A stretch of DNA of 64,000 nucleotides from Bacilli bacterium (GCA_045536365.1 JAZSNL010000020.1:96767-160766), one strand, 5' to 3'; shown: positions 30,625 to 41,179, counted from the stretch's first letter. A program made the numbers and translations. The notes: generated from the sequence alone by a model not told the origin.

Positions 30625-30634
30625 GATTAAAAAT

Positions 30635-30667
30635 AAAAGAGTTTTGATTATTCAAAACTCTTTTTTT
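30635..30667 (+). terminator. Intrinsic terminator
   Basis: AAAAGAGTTTTGA-TTAT-TCAAAACTCTTTT plus T tract. Confidence 0.85.
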
Positions 30668-30729
30668 ATGCATATTAATATTAATAATTTAAAGTTATGT
30701 TATAATACCACCATAAGAGGTGACTAAAT

Positions 30730-33700
30730 ATGAAAAAATATATATATTTATTATTAATCCCACTATTATTTTTATTTGGATGTTATATATCGCCAACATA
30801 TGAATATAGTATTTCATTTTATTTAGATGGAATAAAATTAGATATGGAACCAAAAGGCTACAATACAGGTGATGAATTTAATTTACCTATTGTAAAACCT
30901 TCTAATTCTAATCTTGAATTTGATGGATGGTATGACAATGATAGTTATACTGGTGAAAAAATAACAAAAGTTAATTCTTTTGATACTGGTAATAAAAAGT
31001 TTTTTGCAAGATCAATATTAACAGAAAAAGAAGAATATACAATAAAATACTATATTAATTCATTTGAAGTTATATTTGATTTATCTTCATATTATCAAGG
31101 AGATACAACTATTTTACCAATTCCTGAATTATCAAATAATCAAACATTTGATGGATGGTATTTATATCCTGATTTATCAGGTGATAAAATAACATCACTT
31201 GTTAATCAAACTGGTAATTTGCAACTATTTGGATATGTTGAAAATTATAATAATGAAGAAGATGAATTAAGAAAAGCATTTAATTATGATTCATTTAAAT
31301 TTGATATGATTGATAAAACAAATGGAGAAACATATATTGAATCATATGTAGTTGATGGATTAAATACATCATATTATGCAGATGAAATGACTTCATACTT
31401 AGCCTATGTTAATAATCAATATCGTTATTATTTTGAAGATCTTGATGGATGGTATTATTTAACTGAAGAAGATGAAGATTTTGAATATTGTACACAATAC
31501 TTTTTTACTCTTGATTTATCAGAAGTGAATTTAGATAAATTCATTAAAGTAGATAATTATTATACAGTAACAAGTGATTATTTAGATGAAGTAGGCTTAA
31601 TATTTACAGGATATAATGATAGTTTTAAATCTTTTAAATTATATTTAAAAAATGGATATATATCAAAGATTGAAATTACATCTTCATTCGTATATGAAAA
31701 TCAAACATATAATTCTGAATATTTATTAGAATTTTCTTCTTTTGGTAGTTCTTCAATTGAACTTCCTTCCGCAAAACATTATAACTATACATCTTCTGAA
31801 ACATTAAAAATAGAAGAAGTATATAATTTATATAGTGAAGATGAAGTAACAATAGAAGGTGTTATTACTGGTATTTATGGTAATAATTTCTATATTAGCG
31901 ATGATACTAAAGGAATACTTGTATATATGTCAAATGATGATACTTTTAATAGTATTATCAAAATAGGTAATGTTGTTACTGTTAGTGGAATTGTTAATAT
32001 ATATAAAACAGTTCATCAAATTCAAAATGTTACTTCTATTAGTTTAAGTACTGAAAAATATAACTTAGTAGATATATATTTAAAAGATATTTTACAAAAT
32101 ACTTTAGGTAAATATGTTAATGATATTGTTAATATTGAAAACTTAGAAATTGTTTCGATTCCTAGTTCTCTTCAAAATGGTTATTCTGATCTTTCATTTA
32201 CATGTAAAATAGGAGTAAATGAAGTTGTTGTATTTATATCTAAACATCTTGATTCAAGTTCAAAACAATACATAATTGATAAATTAAATAATTTATCTGC
32301 AGGTGATAGTATTTCTTTATATAATGTTCATATTGGATATTATAATAATTATCAAATTATATTAACAAATAATTCAGAAATACAAAAAGGAATTAAGGAA
32401 GTAATTTCAACAGGAATCGAATTTGAAAAAACAAATTATTCATTCTTAATTAATTCTGAACTTGATGATATTTTAAACCAAATAATAATTTATGAAACGT
32501 TTAGTGATGGATCAAAAGTTAAATTAGAAAATAATGAATATACAGTTTTTACTGATAACTATAGTGTAGGATCAAAAGGCGAATTTACTTTTACATATAA
32601 ATATAATAATTACATAAAAACTTGTAATATTAAAATAGTTGAAACTTCTAATATATCTAAAGAAGAAGTTACAACTCCACCAATTTTAAGTGTTTTAGAC
32701 AAAATGGGATATGATGAATACACAGGACAAACATATGGAATAACAAAAGGACTTCCTTCAATAGGTAATCCAAAAGTACTAGTAATTCCAATTGAATTTA
32801 CTGATTGTCCAGCAAGTAATTCAATGGTTAGTGATTTAGAAACTGCTTTCTTTGGAACAAGTGAACAAACAGGATGGGAAAGTTTAAAGAGTTATTATTA
32901 CAAATCATCATACGGAAAATTAACAATAGATGGGACAGTATTAGAACCATTTAATACTAATCATTCCGTTTCTTATTATAATAATTTATATAAACAATAT
33001 CTTCAAGATTTAGATGACTATTATGATTATAAAACTGATGTATATCCAACAAATGTGGAAAATGAAATAATTAAATCAGCTTTAGAATATTATGATAATC
33101 AAATTAACTATGCAGATTATGACACAGATGCAGATGGATACATTGATTCAATTTATTTTGTATATACAACTAATTATTCAAAAGAAGATGAAACACTATG
33201 GTGGGCTTATACTACTGAGTATGTTACTGATGATTATGAATATTATGATAATGTTGAAGCAGATTTTTATGTTTTTTGTAGTTATCAATTCTTATTTGAT
33301 GATCTTGTAGGAAAAAAAGTAAAATATAATACTGAAACAATTATTCATGAAACAGGTCATTTATTAGGACTTGACGATTATTACGATTATGATGAAACTG
33401 TTGGACCTAATGGAGGTATCGGTGGTGGAGATATGATGGATTACAATGTTGGAGACCATAATGCGTATAGTAAATTGATATTAGGATGGATTTCACCTTA
33501 TATTATTGAAGAAGGTATAACTACTTTAAATTTAAACAGTTTTGCTGAATCGGGAGATGTAGTAATATTATTTAAGAAATGGAATAACTCATTCTTTGAT
33601 GAATATTATATTATTGATTTTTATACTCCTACTAAATTAAATGAATTTGGCAAAGGAGTTAGTGGTTTATTTAGTATATCTGGTATTAGAATATATCATG

Positions 33701-33978
33701 TTATTTCTAGTTTAAATGATCCGAAGGATTGTTTTAGTATATTTGAATTAACAAAATATAATAATTCATATACTAATTTTAGATTAATATCATTAATTGA
33801 AGCAGATGGTAAAAATGATATTAGTAACAATGGATATTCTGAAGATAGTGATTTATTCCAAAAAGGAAATAAATTTATTAATGTTAAATGGTATAATGGA
33901 CAAGCTGCTAATTTTACTATTACTGTTAATGATATAGTAGGTAATTCAACTGCCAATATTACAATTGAATATAAATAA
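30730..33978 (+). CDS. Lipoprotein M6 (immune inhibitor A-like) metalloprotease with InlB B-repeat and OB-fold-like domains
   Basis: Lipobox LFGC; two FDGWY repeats; IEGVITG..GNNFYISD; KVLVIPIEFTD, SLKSYYYKSSYGKL and the zinc motif HETGHLLGLDDYY. Confidence 0.85.
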   Translation: MKKYIYLLLIPLLFLFGCYISPTYEYSISFYLDGIKLDMEPKGYNTGDEFNLPIVKPSNSNLEFDGWYDNDSYTGEKITKVNSFDTGNKKFFARSILTEKEEYTIKYYINSFEVIFDLSSYYQGDTTILPIPELSNNQTFDGWYLYPDLSGDKITSLVNQTGNLQLFGYVENYNNEEDELRKAFNYDSFKFDMIDKTNGETYIESYVVDGLNTSYYADEMTSYLAYVNNQYRYYFEDLDGWYYLTEEDEDFEYCTQYFFTLDLSEVNLDKFIKVDNYYTVTSDYLDEVGLIFTGYNDSFKSFKLYLKNGYISKIEITSSFVYENQTYNSEYLLEFSSFGSSSIELPSAKHYNYTSSETLKIEEVYNLYSEDEVTIEGVITGIYGNNFYISDDTKGILVYMSNDDTFNSIIKIGNVVTVSGIVNIYKTVHQIQNVTSISLSTEKYNLVDIYLKDILQNTLGKYVNDIVNIENLEIVSIPSSLQNGYSDLSFTCKIGVNEVVVFISKHLDSSSKQYIIDKLNNLSAGDSISLYNVHIGYYNNYQIILTNNSEIQKGIKEVISTGIEFEKTNYSFLINSELDDILNQIIIYETFSDGSKVKLENNEYTVFTDNYSVGSKGEFTFTYKYNNYIKTCNIKIVETSNISKEEVTTPPILSVLDKMGYDEYTGQTYGITKGLPSIGNPKVLVIPIEFTDCPASNSMVSDLETAFFGTSEQTGWESLKSYYYKSSYGKLTIDGTVLEPFNTNHSVSYYNNLYKQYLQDLDDYYDYKTDVYPTNVENEIIKSALEYYDNQINYADYDTDADGYIDSIYFVYTTNYSKEDETLWWAYTTEYVTDDYEYYDNVEADFYVFCSYQFLFDDLVGKKVKYNTETIIHETGHLLGLDDYYDYDETVGPNGGIGGGDMMDYNVGDHNAYSKLILGWISPYIIEEGITTLNLNSFAESGDVVILFKKWNNSFFDEYYIIDFYTPTKLNEFGKGVSGLFSISGIRIYHVISSLNDPKDCFSIFELTKYNNSYTNFRLISLIEADGKNDISNNGYSEDSDLFQKGNKFINVKWYNGQAANFTITVNDIVGNSTANITIEYK

Positions 33979-34005
33979 AAAAATAGGAATTTTATTCCTA
34001 TTTTT
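33979..34005. terminator. Bidirectional terminator between convergent genes
   Basis: AAAAATAGGAAT-TTT-ATTCCTATTTTT. Confidence 0.7.
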
Positions 34006-35035
34006 CTTTTGGTATATATATATAAAAAGTAGATCCTTCATTCTCTTTAGAACTCACTGATATTTCCCAACTATGTAATTCAATAATTTTTTTACATATT
34101 GATAAACCAAGTCCAATACCTTGATTATTTTTCATATTATTTCCTTGATAATATTCATCAAATATATGTTCTGCAATTGTTTCATTCATTCCTATTCCTG
34201 TATCAGAAAAAGAAATAGTATACCCGTTTTCTGAAATTGTTGATGTTATTAAAACTTCACCGTTTGGTTCTGTGTATTTCACCGCATTATTTAAAATATT
34301 AATCCATACTTCTTTAATTAACTCTTTGTTTGCGGGGGCATAGATGTGATCTAATTCGATTTCAACTTTAATATTTTTTTCTTCAAATTGGTTATATAAT
34401 AAAATAGCTGATTCTTCTATTGATTCATCTATATATATATTTTCTTTTTGAATATCAATTGAATCAGTATTTAACTTACTAAGTAATAATGTCATATTCG
34501 CAAGATTTGCAAGTCTAGTACTTTCCTCTTTAATAATTAAATAATATTTTCTTTTTTCTTCTTCAGGTAAATCTGGATTGTTACATAGTAATTCAGAAAA
34601 GCCTTTAATTGAAGAAATAGGGGTTTTAAATTCGTGAGAGAAGTTTTTGATAAAGTCTTTTTTTAGTAAGGAAATAGAATTTAATTCTTCAATTATTGTA
34701 TTAATATTTTCTATTAATTCATTAATAAATAAATTATTAGTATCAGCTTCAATTTTTTGACTAAAATCACCATGTGATAATTTTTTGAAACAATCAGAAG
34801 TTTTATTCATAACTTTTTTATATTTTTTAGTCATAAAATGAGTAATGATAGTAGAGATAATAAAACATATGCCTAACGCAAGAATTAAGAAAACTAGACT
34901 ACCGAATTTATCTAATCTAATTCTTAGTAAAAAACAAATATAAACAATTAAAAAAGTAATTAAAATTGATATTAAATAAGCTTGAAATATTGAAAAAGTT
35001 AAACTAAAGAATTTAGAGATCTTTTTATCATTCAT
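33998..35035 (-). CDS. HAMP-domain sensor histidine kinase with very short extracellular loop
   Basis: Two adjacent TMs; H box FSHEFKTPI, N box NILNNAVKY, DTGIG and GIGLGLSI. Confidence 0.93.
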   Translation of the reverse strand: MNDKKISKFFSLTFSIFQAYLISILITFLIVYICFLLRIRLDKFGSLVFLILALGICFIISTIITHFMTKKYKKVMNKTSDCFKKLSHGDFSQKIEADTNNLFINELIENINTIIEELNSISLLKKDFIKNFSHEFKTPISSIKGFSELLCNNPDLPEEEKRKYYLIIKEESTRLANLANMTLLLSKLNTDSIDIQKENIYIDESIEESAILLYNQFEEKNIKVEIELDHIYAPANKELIKEVWINILNNAVKYTEPNGEVLITSTISENGYTISFSDTGIGMNETIAEHIFDEYYQGNNMKNNQGIGLGLSICKKIIELHSWEISVSSKENEGSTFYIYIPKEK

Positions 35036-35705
35036 GTCTTACTCCTTTATATCCTATTCCCATAATTGTTTGAATTTCAATTTCCGGAAATTGTTCTATT
35101 TTTTTTCTAATTTTCAATATGAATACTTTAACAATTGATTCATCAGTATCAGAATTTAATCCCCAAAATTCATGATATAATTGCCATTTAGTAAAAGCTT
35201 TTTCTGGATATGATAAAAGTTTAAATAATATTTCAAATTCTGTTTTAGAAAAATTAACAATTACTTTAGTAACAGTATTAGTAATTGTATGCGTATTATA
35301 ATCTAAAATAATATCTTTTACTTTAATTTGTTTATCTGTACTTATTTTTGCTCTTCTAAAAATAGCATTTATTCTTAATAATAATTCATCTTTATCAAAT
35401 GGTTTTACGATATATTCATCTATTCCTAATTCATAACTTTTTGCTTTATCATCAATTGAAGATTTTGCGGTTACCATAATTATAGGAATATTTTTATTAT
35501 CTTCTCTTATTGATTCAACAAGTTCATTACCGCTCATAATCGGCATCATTTCATCACATATTACCATATCAAAATGTTGATCATAATATATATCTAACGC
35601 ATCACTTCCATTAGTTGAAGTTACAACTTCATAACCTGCTGAAGTAAGGATTGCGGTAAAGAGCTTTAAGATATTTAATTCATCATCGACAACTAATATT
35701 CTCAT
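35028..35705 (-). CDS. OmpR/PhoB-family response regulator
   Basis: ILVVDDE, CDEMMP, VTAK, YIVKPF and winged-helix TIMGIGYK. Confidence 0.95.
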   Translation of the reverse strand: MRILVVDDELNILKLFTAILTSAGYEVVTSTNGSDALDIYYDQHFDMVICDEMMPIMSGNELVESIREDNKNIPIIMVTAKSSIDDKAKSYELGIDEYIVKPFDKDELLLRINAIFRRAKISTDKQIKVKDIILDYNTHTITNTVTKVIVNFSKTEFEILFKLLSYPEKAFTKWQLYHEFWGLNSDTDESIVKVFILKIRKKIEQFPEIEIQTIMGIGYKGVRHE

Positions 35706-35729
35706 CTTAATTCCTCCATTTATAAATAT

Positions 35730-35813
35730 ATTATATCATAATTGGTAAAAATATGGTAAATTTTAAAAAAACTTAAAATGTTAACTATTTGTTAACCACT
35801 ACTATTATATAAT
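35730..35813. promoter_or_regulatory. Divergent promoters, each preceded by a TTWACYA-N4-TTWACYA direct repeat (OmpR-family boxes)
   Basis: Minus strand: TTTACCA-tatt-TTTACCA (35760-35743), then TGA-TATAAT (35735-35730). Plus strand: TTAACTA-tttg-TTAACCA (35781-35798), then TATAAT (35808-35813). Confidence 0.65.
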
Positions 35814-35818
35814 AAAAG

Positions 35819-36103
35819 AGGGTTAACCTAGGAAGGGGGAAAAATTAATTAATAAGTTATTTTTTTGCCGTTTATCTCGTAACTTATTAATTAACAAAAG
35901 CAGCCTTGAAAGACGAGAATGTGTAAACAATAGCTATCCCATTTTACACAAAAACTAATTATCCTTGTTTCGTTGAAAAAGCTTTACCTTTATTAAAATC
36001 TCTATTCATTCGTTATATAGGCTGTTAAATTAATAGAGATGTGGGATAGCTAAAAGCGTATATTTCTCCAAAAAAGTAGTGTTTAATTTAAACACTACTT
36101 TTT
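35819..36103 (+). ncRNA. Candidate structured non-coding RNA (unassigned)
   Basis: Bounded by a -10 element and an intrinsic terminator; no ORF with RBS; several perfect helices of 8-15 bp. Confidence 0.5.
36070..36103 (+). terminator. Intrinsic terminator
   Basis: AAAAAGTAGTGTTTA-ATT-TAAACACTACTTTTT. Confidence 0.8.
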
Positions 36104-36169
36104 ATTTATTATTAATGAAAAAAAGATTAAAATATAGTATAATAATACCAAAAAGAAAAGAGGAACATT

Positions 36170-36889
36170 ATGGAAACTATAAAACTTAGCAATAAAAAAC
36201 CTTTAATGATAGCACATCGTGGATTAAGTAGTTTTGAAAAAGAAAATACAATGGCAGCATTCATAGCCGGAGGAAATCATACATATTATGGTATGGAATG
36301 TGATATACATGTAACAAAAGATAATGTAATCGTAGTATGCCATGATAGTAATTTAGAAAGAGTATCAGGTGTTAATTTAATCATTGAAGAATCTACATAT
36401 GAAGAAATACAAAAAGTAAATTTATATGATGTTAAAAAGGAAAATAATTGGCCTTATTTAAAAGTTCCTACATTTGAAGAATATTTAGATTGTTGTATCA
36501 GATATAATAAAGTTGCGGTAATAGAATTTAAATTTTTATTTAAAGAAGAAGATGTTTATCGTGTAATAGAAATTGTTAAATCAAGAAATTATTTAGATAA
36601 ATGTGTATTTATATCTTTTGTATATGAAAATTTAACTTTTGTTAGAAAATATGATTCTAATATTAATGTTCAGTTTTTACTTGCTGAATATAAAGATGAA
36701 TTAATTGAAAGATGTATTAAAGAATCAGTTGATATTGATATTCATTATAGTTTATTAAATCAAGAAAGAATTGATTATTTACATCAAAATAATTTAAAAA
36801 TTAATGTTTGGACTGTAGATGATCCAGAAATCGGCGAAAAATTATCAGAAATGAAAGTAGATTTTATCACAACTAATCGTTTAGAATAA
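36170..36889 (+). CDS. Glycerophosphodiester phosphodiesterase (GDPD family), cytoplasmic
   Basis: IAHRG...ENTMAAF, ECDIHVTKD..VVCHD, IEFK, VWTVD and ITTN. Confidence 0.92.
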   Translation: METIKLSNKKPLMIAHRGLSSFEKENTMAAFIAGGNHTYYGMECDIHVTKDNVIVVCHDSNLERVSGVNLIIEESTYEEIQKVNLYDVKKENNWPYLKVPTFEEYLDCCIRYNKVAVIEFKFLFKEEDVYRVIEIVKSRNYLDKCVFISFVYENLTFVRKYDSNINVQFLLAEYKDELIERCIKESVDIDIHYSLLNQERIDYLHQNNLKINVWTVDDPEIGEKLSEMKVDFITTNRLE

Positions 36890-36900
36890 GGAAATAAAAT

Positions 36901-38301
36901 ATGATAACTTTAACTGTAGATTCAACTCTAAAATGGGTTGAAGAAAATATTGTATGGGGGATACCATTAATAGTATTAATATTATTAGTAGGTATTGTCT
37001 TAACAATTAAACTCCGTTTTTTACAAGTAAAACATTTAGGCAAATCAATAAAATATATGATTAAAAGCGATGATTAAGGAAACGGGGAAGTATCATCATT
37101 TGGTGCATTATGTGTTTCAATGGCTGCAACACTAGGTACTGGTAAAATTGTCGGTGTTGCGGTGGCAATCTTCGTAGGAGGACCTGGTGCGCTATTTTGG
37201 ATGATTGTTGCTGCGATATTTGGGATGGCTACTAAATATGCAGAAGGTTTTCTTGCGGTAAAATATCGTAAGTTTAATGATGATGGAAGTGTTATGGGTG
37301 GGCCATTTACTTATATCGAAGAGGGTATGGGGTCTAAATATAAATGGCTTGCGAAAGCATTTGCTATCTTTGGTGCGTTAGCAGGAGTTATGGGTATTGG
37401 TACTTTAACACAAATGAATAGTATTACTGAATCTGCAGTAATGGTATTTGATTCTGATAAGTTAAATACAATTAATGTTTTAGGTAATGATATTTCTATT
37501 GTTGCGGTAATAGCAGGGATTATTATTACTATTCCTTCAGCAATAGCAGTAATTGGAGGGATTGAAAGAATTTCTAAAGTATCAGTTATTTTAGTTCCTT
37601 TTATGGCAATTACTTTCTTTCTTGCATGTATAGGGGTTATTATATTTAATATTGAACTTGTTCCAAGTGCTCTCGTTACTATTTTTAAAGAAGCTTTTAA
37701 TTTTAAAGCAGGAATGGGCGCAGCAGCTGGTGTTGGTATTATCTCCGCAATGCGTGAAGGAATATCGAAAGGTATTTTTTCCAATGAAGCTGGTTTAGGA
37801 AGTGCTCCGATTGCACTTGCCTCATCTAAATCAAATGATCCTGTTAAAACAGGTTTAGTTTGTATGTCAGGTACTTTTATTGATACAATGGTACTTTGTT
37901 TAACAATTGGGCTTGGAGTTGTAATGATGGGTTCTTATCAAACATTAAAAGGAATTCCTTGTACGATTGAAACATTTTCAAAAGGTTTAAATGTTTCTGA
38001 GTCTTTTGCTTCTATTATTGTTTTAGTTTGTATAACTACTTTTGCTTTTACAACAATAATAGGTTGGAATGTATATGGTGAAAAGTGCATTGCTTATTTA
38101 ACTAATAATAATAAAAAAGCAGTGTTTATATATAAGATTATATATATATTATTTGTCGCAGTAGCTCCATATTTAACTTTAGAATTAATATGGACAACTT
38201 CATCTATTTTTAATGGTTTAATGGCGTTACCAAATTTAGTTGCTTTACTCGCATTAAGTCCGGTTATTAAAAAGGATACAGAAGAATATTTTAAAAAGTA
38301 A
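36901..38301 (+). pseudogene. Alanine/glycine:cation symporter (AlsT/AGCS family) interrupted by an in-frame TAA at codon 59
   Basis: ATG 36901 reads MITLT...VWGIPLIVLILLVGIVLTIKLRFLQ...KSDD*GNGEVSSFGALCVSMAATLGTG; TAA at 37075-37077; GGPGALFWM and GIFSNEAGLGSAP downstream. Confidence 0.75.
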
Positions 38302-38328
38302 AACAGATTATGCTGTTTTACTTTTTTT
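38293..38328 (+). terminator. Intrinsic terminator
   Basis: AAAAAGTAAAACAG-ATTATG-CTGTTTTACTTTTT. Confidence 0.75.
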
Positions 38329-38372
38329 CATATTTAATTTAATTTATTAATATAATTTATTGAGATGATTAT

Positions 38373-39230
38373 ATGAATAAAAGAATAAAAGAAATTATAT
38401 ATGGATTTATCTTTGGTTTAAGTTGTATTATACCTGGTTTTAGTGGAGGAACAATGTTAGTTATACTAGGTATATATGAAAGCTTTACTAATTCCTTATC
38501 AAAAGTAACAAATAATATTACTATAGCTTTTAAAGAATTAATATTTTATTTTATTGGAACATTTATAGGATCAATAATAGGGGTTATGTTAGTTGAATCA
38601 TTATTATCTAAATATCCATTTATGACATCTAGCTATTTTATTGGATTAATTATTCCAACTATTGTTTTTGTTATAAAGGAAATAAAAAAGAATAAAATTA
38701 CTTTTATTCATTATTTATTGTTTTTTATTTTTTTTATTATTTCAATAATAATTTCTTTTTCAAAGGAATTAAATATTATAAATAATAATTTAAATAATAA
38801 TTTTATATATATTTTATTAATATCAATTATTAGTTCCACCGCATTAATTATTCCTGGAATATCAGGTATGAGTATATTACTAATCTTTGGTTTATATGAT
38901 GAAGTAATCTACAGCGTAAAATCATTATTAAGTGGTGATTGGAATAATTTAAATGTATTAGTACCTTTTATTATTGGGTTTATAATAGGAATAATTTTAA
39001 TTTCTAAATTAATAACGAAAGTATTATTAAATAAGCCGAATCTCATATGGTCAAGTGTTTTCTCCTTATTAATAGTTTCTCCTTTTATAATATATAAAGA
39101 TATATATAATGATAATTATTTATTGTTTAATGAAAATAAAATCTTCCATATAATTCTTTCTTTTATTTTTATTATTCTAGGTATTCTTAGTTTATCAGTA
39201 ATCAAAGAATTAACAAGTAAAAGGAGTTAA
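38373..39230 (+). CDS. DUF368 (PopT-like undecaprenyl-phosphate translocase) membrane protein
   Basis: Duplicated IIPGFSGGT..VILGIY and IIPGISG...LIFGLY motifs. Confidence 0.85.
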   Translation: MNKRIKEIIYGFIFGLSCIIPGFSGGTMLVILGIYESFTNSLSKVTNNITIAFKELIFYFIGTFIGSIIGVMLVESLLSKYPFMTSSYFIGLIIPTIVFVIKEIKKNKITFIHYLLFFIFFIISIIISFSKELNIINNNLNNNFIYILLISIISSTALIIPGISGMSILLIFGLYDEVIYSVKSLLSGDWNNLNVLVPFIIGFIIGIILISKLITKVLLNKPNLIWSSVFSLLIVSPFIIYKDIYNDNYLLFNENKIFHIILSFIFIILGILSLSVIKELTSKRS

Positions 39231-39231
39231 T

Positions 39232-40365
39232 ATGAAAAAGAATCATTTTTTATATCCGATTATTAAAGAATTTTTTAATCCTCGAAAGATTAAAAACATT
39301 AAAAAATTTAAAAATGGTTTAATAAACAAAACATATTTAATTGAATTTGATAATATAAAATATATTATTCAACAAATCAATTCAAATGTATTTAAAAGTC
39401 CAATGGCCGTTATGCATAATATTGATTTAATAACTAATCATTTAAAAAGAAAACTTATTTATGAAGGAAAGAATTTTCAACAATTAACATTAACTTTAAT
39501 TAAAACAAAACATAATGAAAACTTTGTTATTGTTAATGATGAATATTGGCGTTGTTATTTATGTATCGAAGGAATAACTTATGAAGAAACAACAGACCCT
39601 CAAATATTTTATGAAGCAGGAAGAATAATAGGTGAATTTCAATTGTTATTAAAAGATTTTCATACACCACTTTTAAATGACAATATTAGAAATTTTCATA
39701 ATACTCCCTTTCGATATGAGGAATTCCTTGAAAAAGTAATTACTAATAAATATGATAGAAGAAAATACTGTACTTTAGAAATCACACAAATTAATTCAAG
39801 AAGAAATAAGATGGGGATAATAGTTGAAGCCTTAAAAAATAAACAAATTCCTTTAAGAGTAGTTCATAATGATACAAAGTTAAATAATATTATGTTTGAT
39901 AAAAATACAAAAAAATCATTATGTTTAATTGATTTAGATACTACAATGAAAGGATCAATGTTATATGATTTTGGAGATGCGTTAAGAAAAGGAGCTTCAA
40001 CCACAACGGAAGATGATACAAATTTAGATAATGTTAAAATCAATTTTGAACTTGTTTCTTCATTTGTTGAAGGGTTTTTAAAATCAGTAAAATCTATTAT
40101 TACAGATAATGAAATAAAATTATTATATGATGCATATTATATTTTAACATTAGAATTATCCATGAGGTTTTTAACTGATTTTTTGAATAATGATCAATAT
40201 TTTAAAATTGATGAAGAATTAAATAGACCATTTATTAATTTAGAAAGATCAAAAAATCAATTAAAACTGTTGTTTGAAATAGAAAAGAATGAACTTATTA
40301 TTAAAAATATCATAAATGAAAAACTATTATTAATCAAAGGTGATGAAAGTGTTAGAATATCTTAA
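39232..40365 (+). CDS. APH-fold sugar kinase, N-acetylhexosamine 1-kinase (NahK/LnpB)-like
   Basis: GLINKTY, IIQQINSNVF, NFHNTPFR, RVVHNDTKLNNI, LIDLDT, YDFGDALR and RFLTDFLNND.YF. Confidence 0.75.
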   Translation: MKKNHFLYPIIKEFFNPRKIKNIKKFKNGLINKTYLIEFDNIKYIIQQINSNVFKSPMAVMHNIDLITNHLKRKLIYEGKNFQQLTLTLIKTKHNENFVIVNDEYWRCYLCIEGITYEETTDPQIFYEAGRIIGEFQLLLKDFHTPLLNDNIRNFHNTPFRYEEFLEKVITNKYDRRKYCTLEITQINSRRNKMGIIVEALKNKQIPLRVVHNDTKLNNIMFDKNTKKSLCLIDLDTTMKGSMLYDFGDALRKGASTTTEDDTNLDNVKINFELVSSFVEGFLKSVKSIITDNEIKLLYDAYYILTLELSMRFLTDFLNNDQYFKIDEELNRPFINLERSKNQLKLLFEIEKNELIIKNIINEKLLLIKGDESVRIS

Positions 40366-41170
40366 ATATATAATTATTGGATTAGTTCAAGGAATATCAG
40401 AAGTATTACCTATATCATCAAGTGGACATCTAATCATTTTCGAAAAGTTATTTAATATTTCTAATAATGATTTATCATTTGAAATATTCCTGCATTTAGG
40501 TTCTTTAATTGCGGTATTTTTATTTTTATCAAAACATATAAAAAGAATAATAATGTCGATATTTAAATATCTGTTTAAAAAAGATAATGAATGTTATGAT
40601 GATTTTAAGTATTTTCTTTTTTTAATTATTTCAACTATTCCAATTGTTATAGTTACATTAATTTTAAAACCTTTTTTAAAAGATTGTAATAAATTATATA
40701 TAGTAAGTATATGTTTAATAATAAATTCGATTATTATATATACCTTTTCTTTTTGTAAAATTAAAATAAAAAAAGAAGATTTGAAATTTAAAGATTCATT
40801 AATAATAGGATTATTTCAATGTTTAGGGATTTTTCCGGGAATTTCTCGAAGTGGTAGCACAATATCAGGGGGATCTTGTATTGGGTTAGATAAAAAAGAT
40901 AGTGCTGAATATTCCTTTTTTTTATTTATACCATCAGTTATTGGTGCTGTTGTTTTAGAAATGGATAATATAATGAATATTTTTAGTTTGGAAAGAGATT
41001 TGTTTATTTGTTATATGTTATCTTTTATTATAACAATTTTTACTACTTATTTTTCTTTTAAGTTTTTATTAAATATTGTTAAAAAAGGAAAAATTAAATA
41101 TTTTTCATTATATTGTTTAATAATAGGCATTATTCTTTTAATTTATTCAATAACTAATAATTATATCTAG
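40343..41170 (+). CDS. uppP: Undecaprenyl-diphosphate phosphatase
   Basis: GLVQGISEVLPISSSGH and PGISRSGST signatures. Confidence 0.93.
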   Translation: MKVLEYLKYIIIGLVQGISEVLPISSSGHLIIFEKLFNISNNDLSFEIFLHLGSLIAVFLFLSKHIKRIIMSIFKYLFKKDNECYDDFKYFLFLIISTIPIVIVTLILKPFLKDCNKLYIVSICLIINSIIIYTFSFCKIKIKKEDLKFKDSLIIGLFQCLGIFPGISRSGSTISGGSCIGLDKKDSAEYSFFLFIPSVIGAVVLEMDNIMNIFSLERDLFICYMLSFIITIFTTYFSFKFLLNIVKKGKIKYFSLYCLIIGIILLIYSITNNYI

Positions 41171-41179
41171 GAGGTTATT

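Noticed and set aside
35835-36070. tmRNA, RNase P or 6S identity for the structured intergenic RNA
   Set aside because: It has GGGG.../...CTCCA ends and pseudoknots, but no T-arm (GTTCRA), no tag ORF and is too short for tmRNA. It has no GAGGAAAGTCC for RNase P and is not a single long rod like 6S.
37075-37077. Stop-codon reassignment or programmed read-through
   Set aside because: TAA is the main stop in this window and Trp is TGG; one isolated case is better explained by mutation or error.
39232-40365. Aminoglycoside resistance phosphotransferase
   Set aside because: Motifs (HNDTKLNN, IDLDT, RFLTD) and the glmU/uppP context fit the NahK-like sugar kinase branch.
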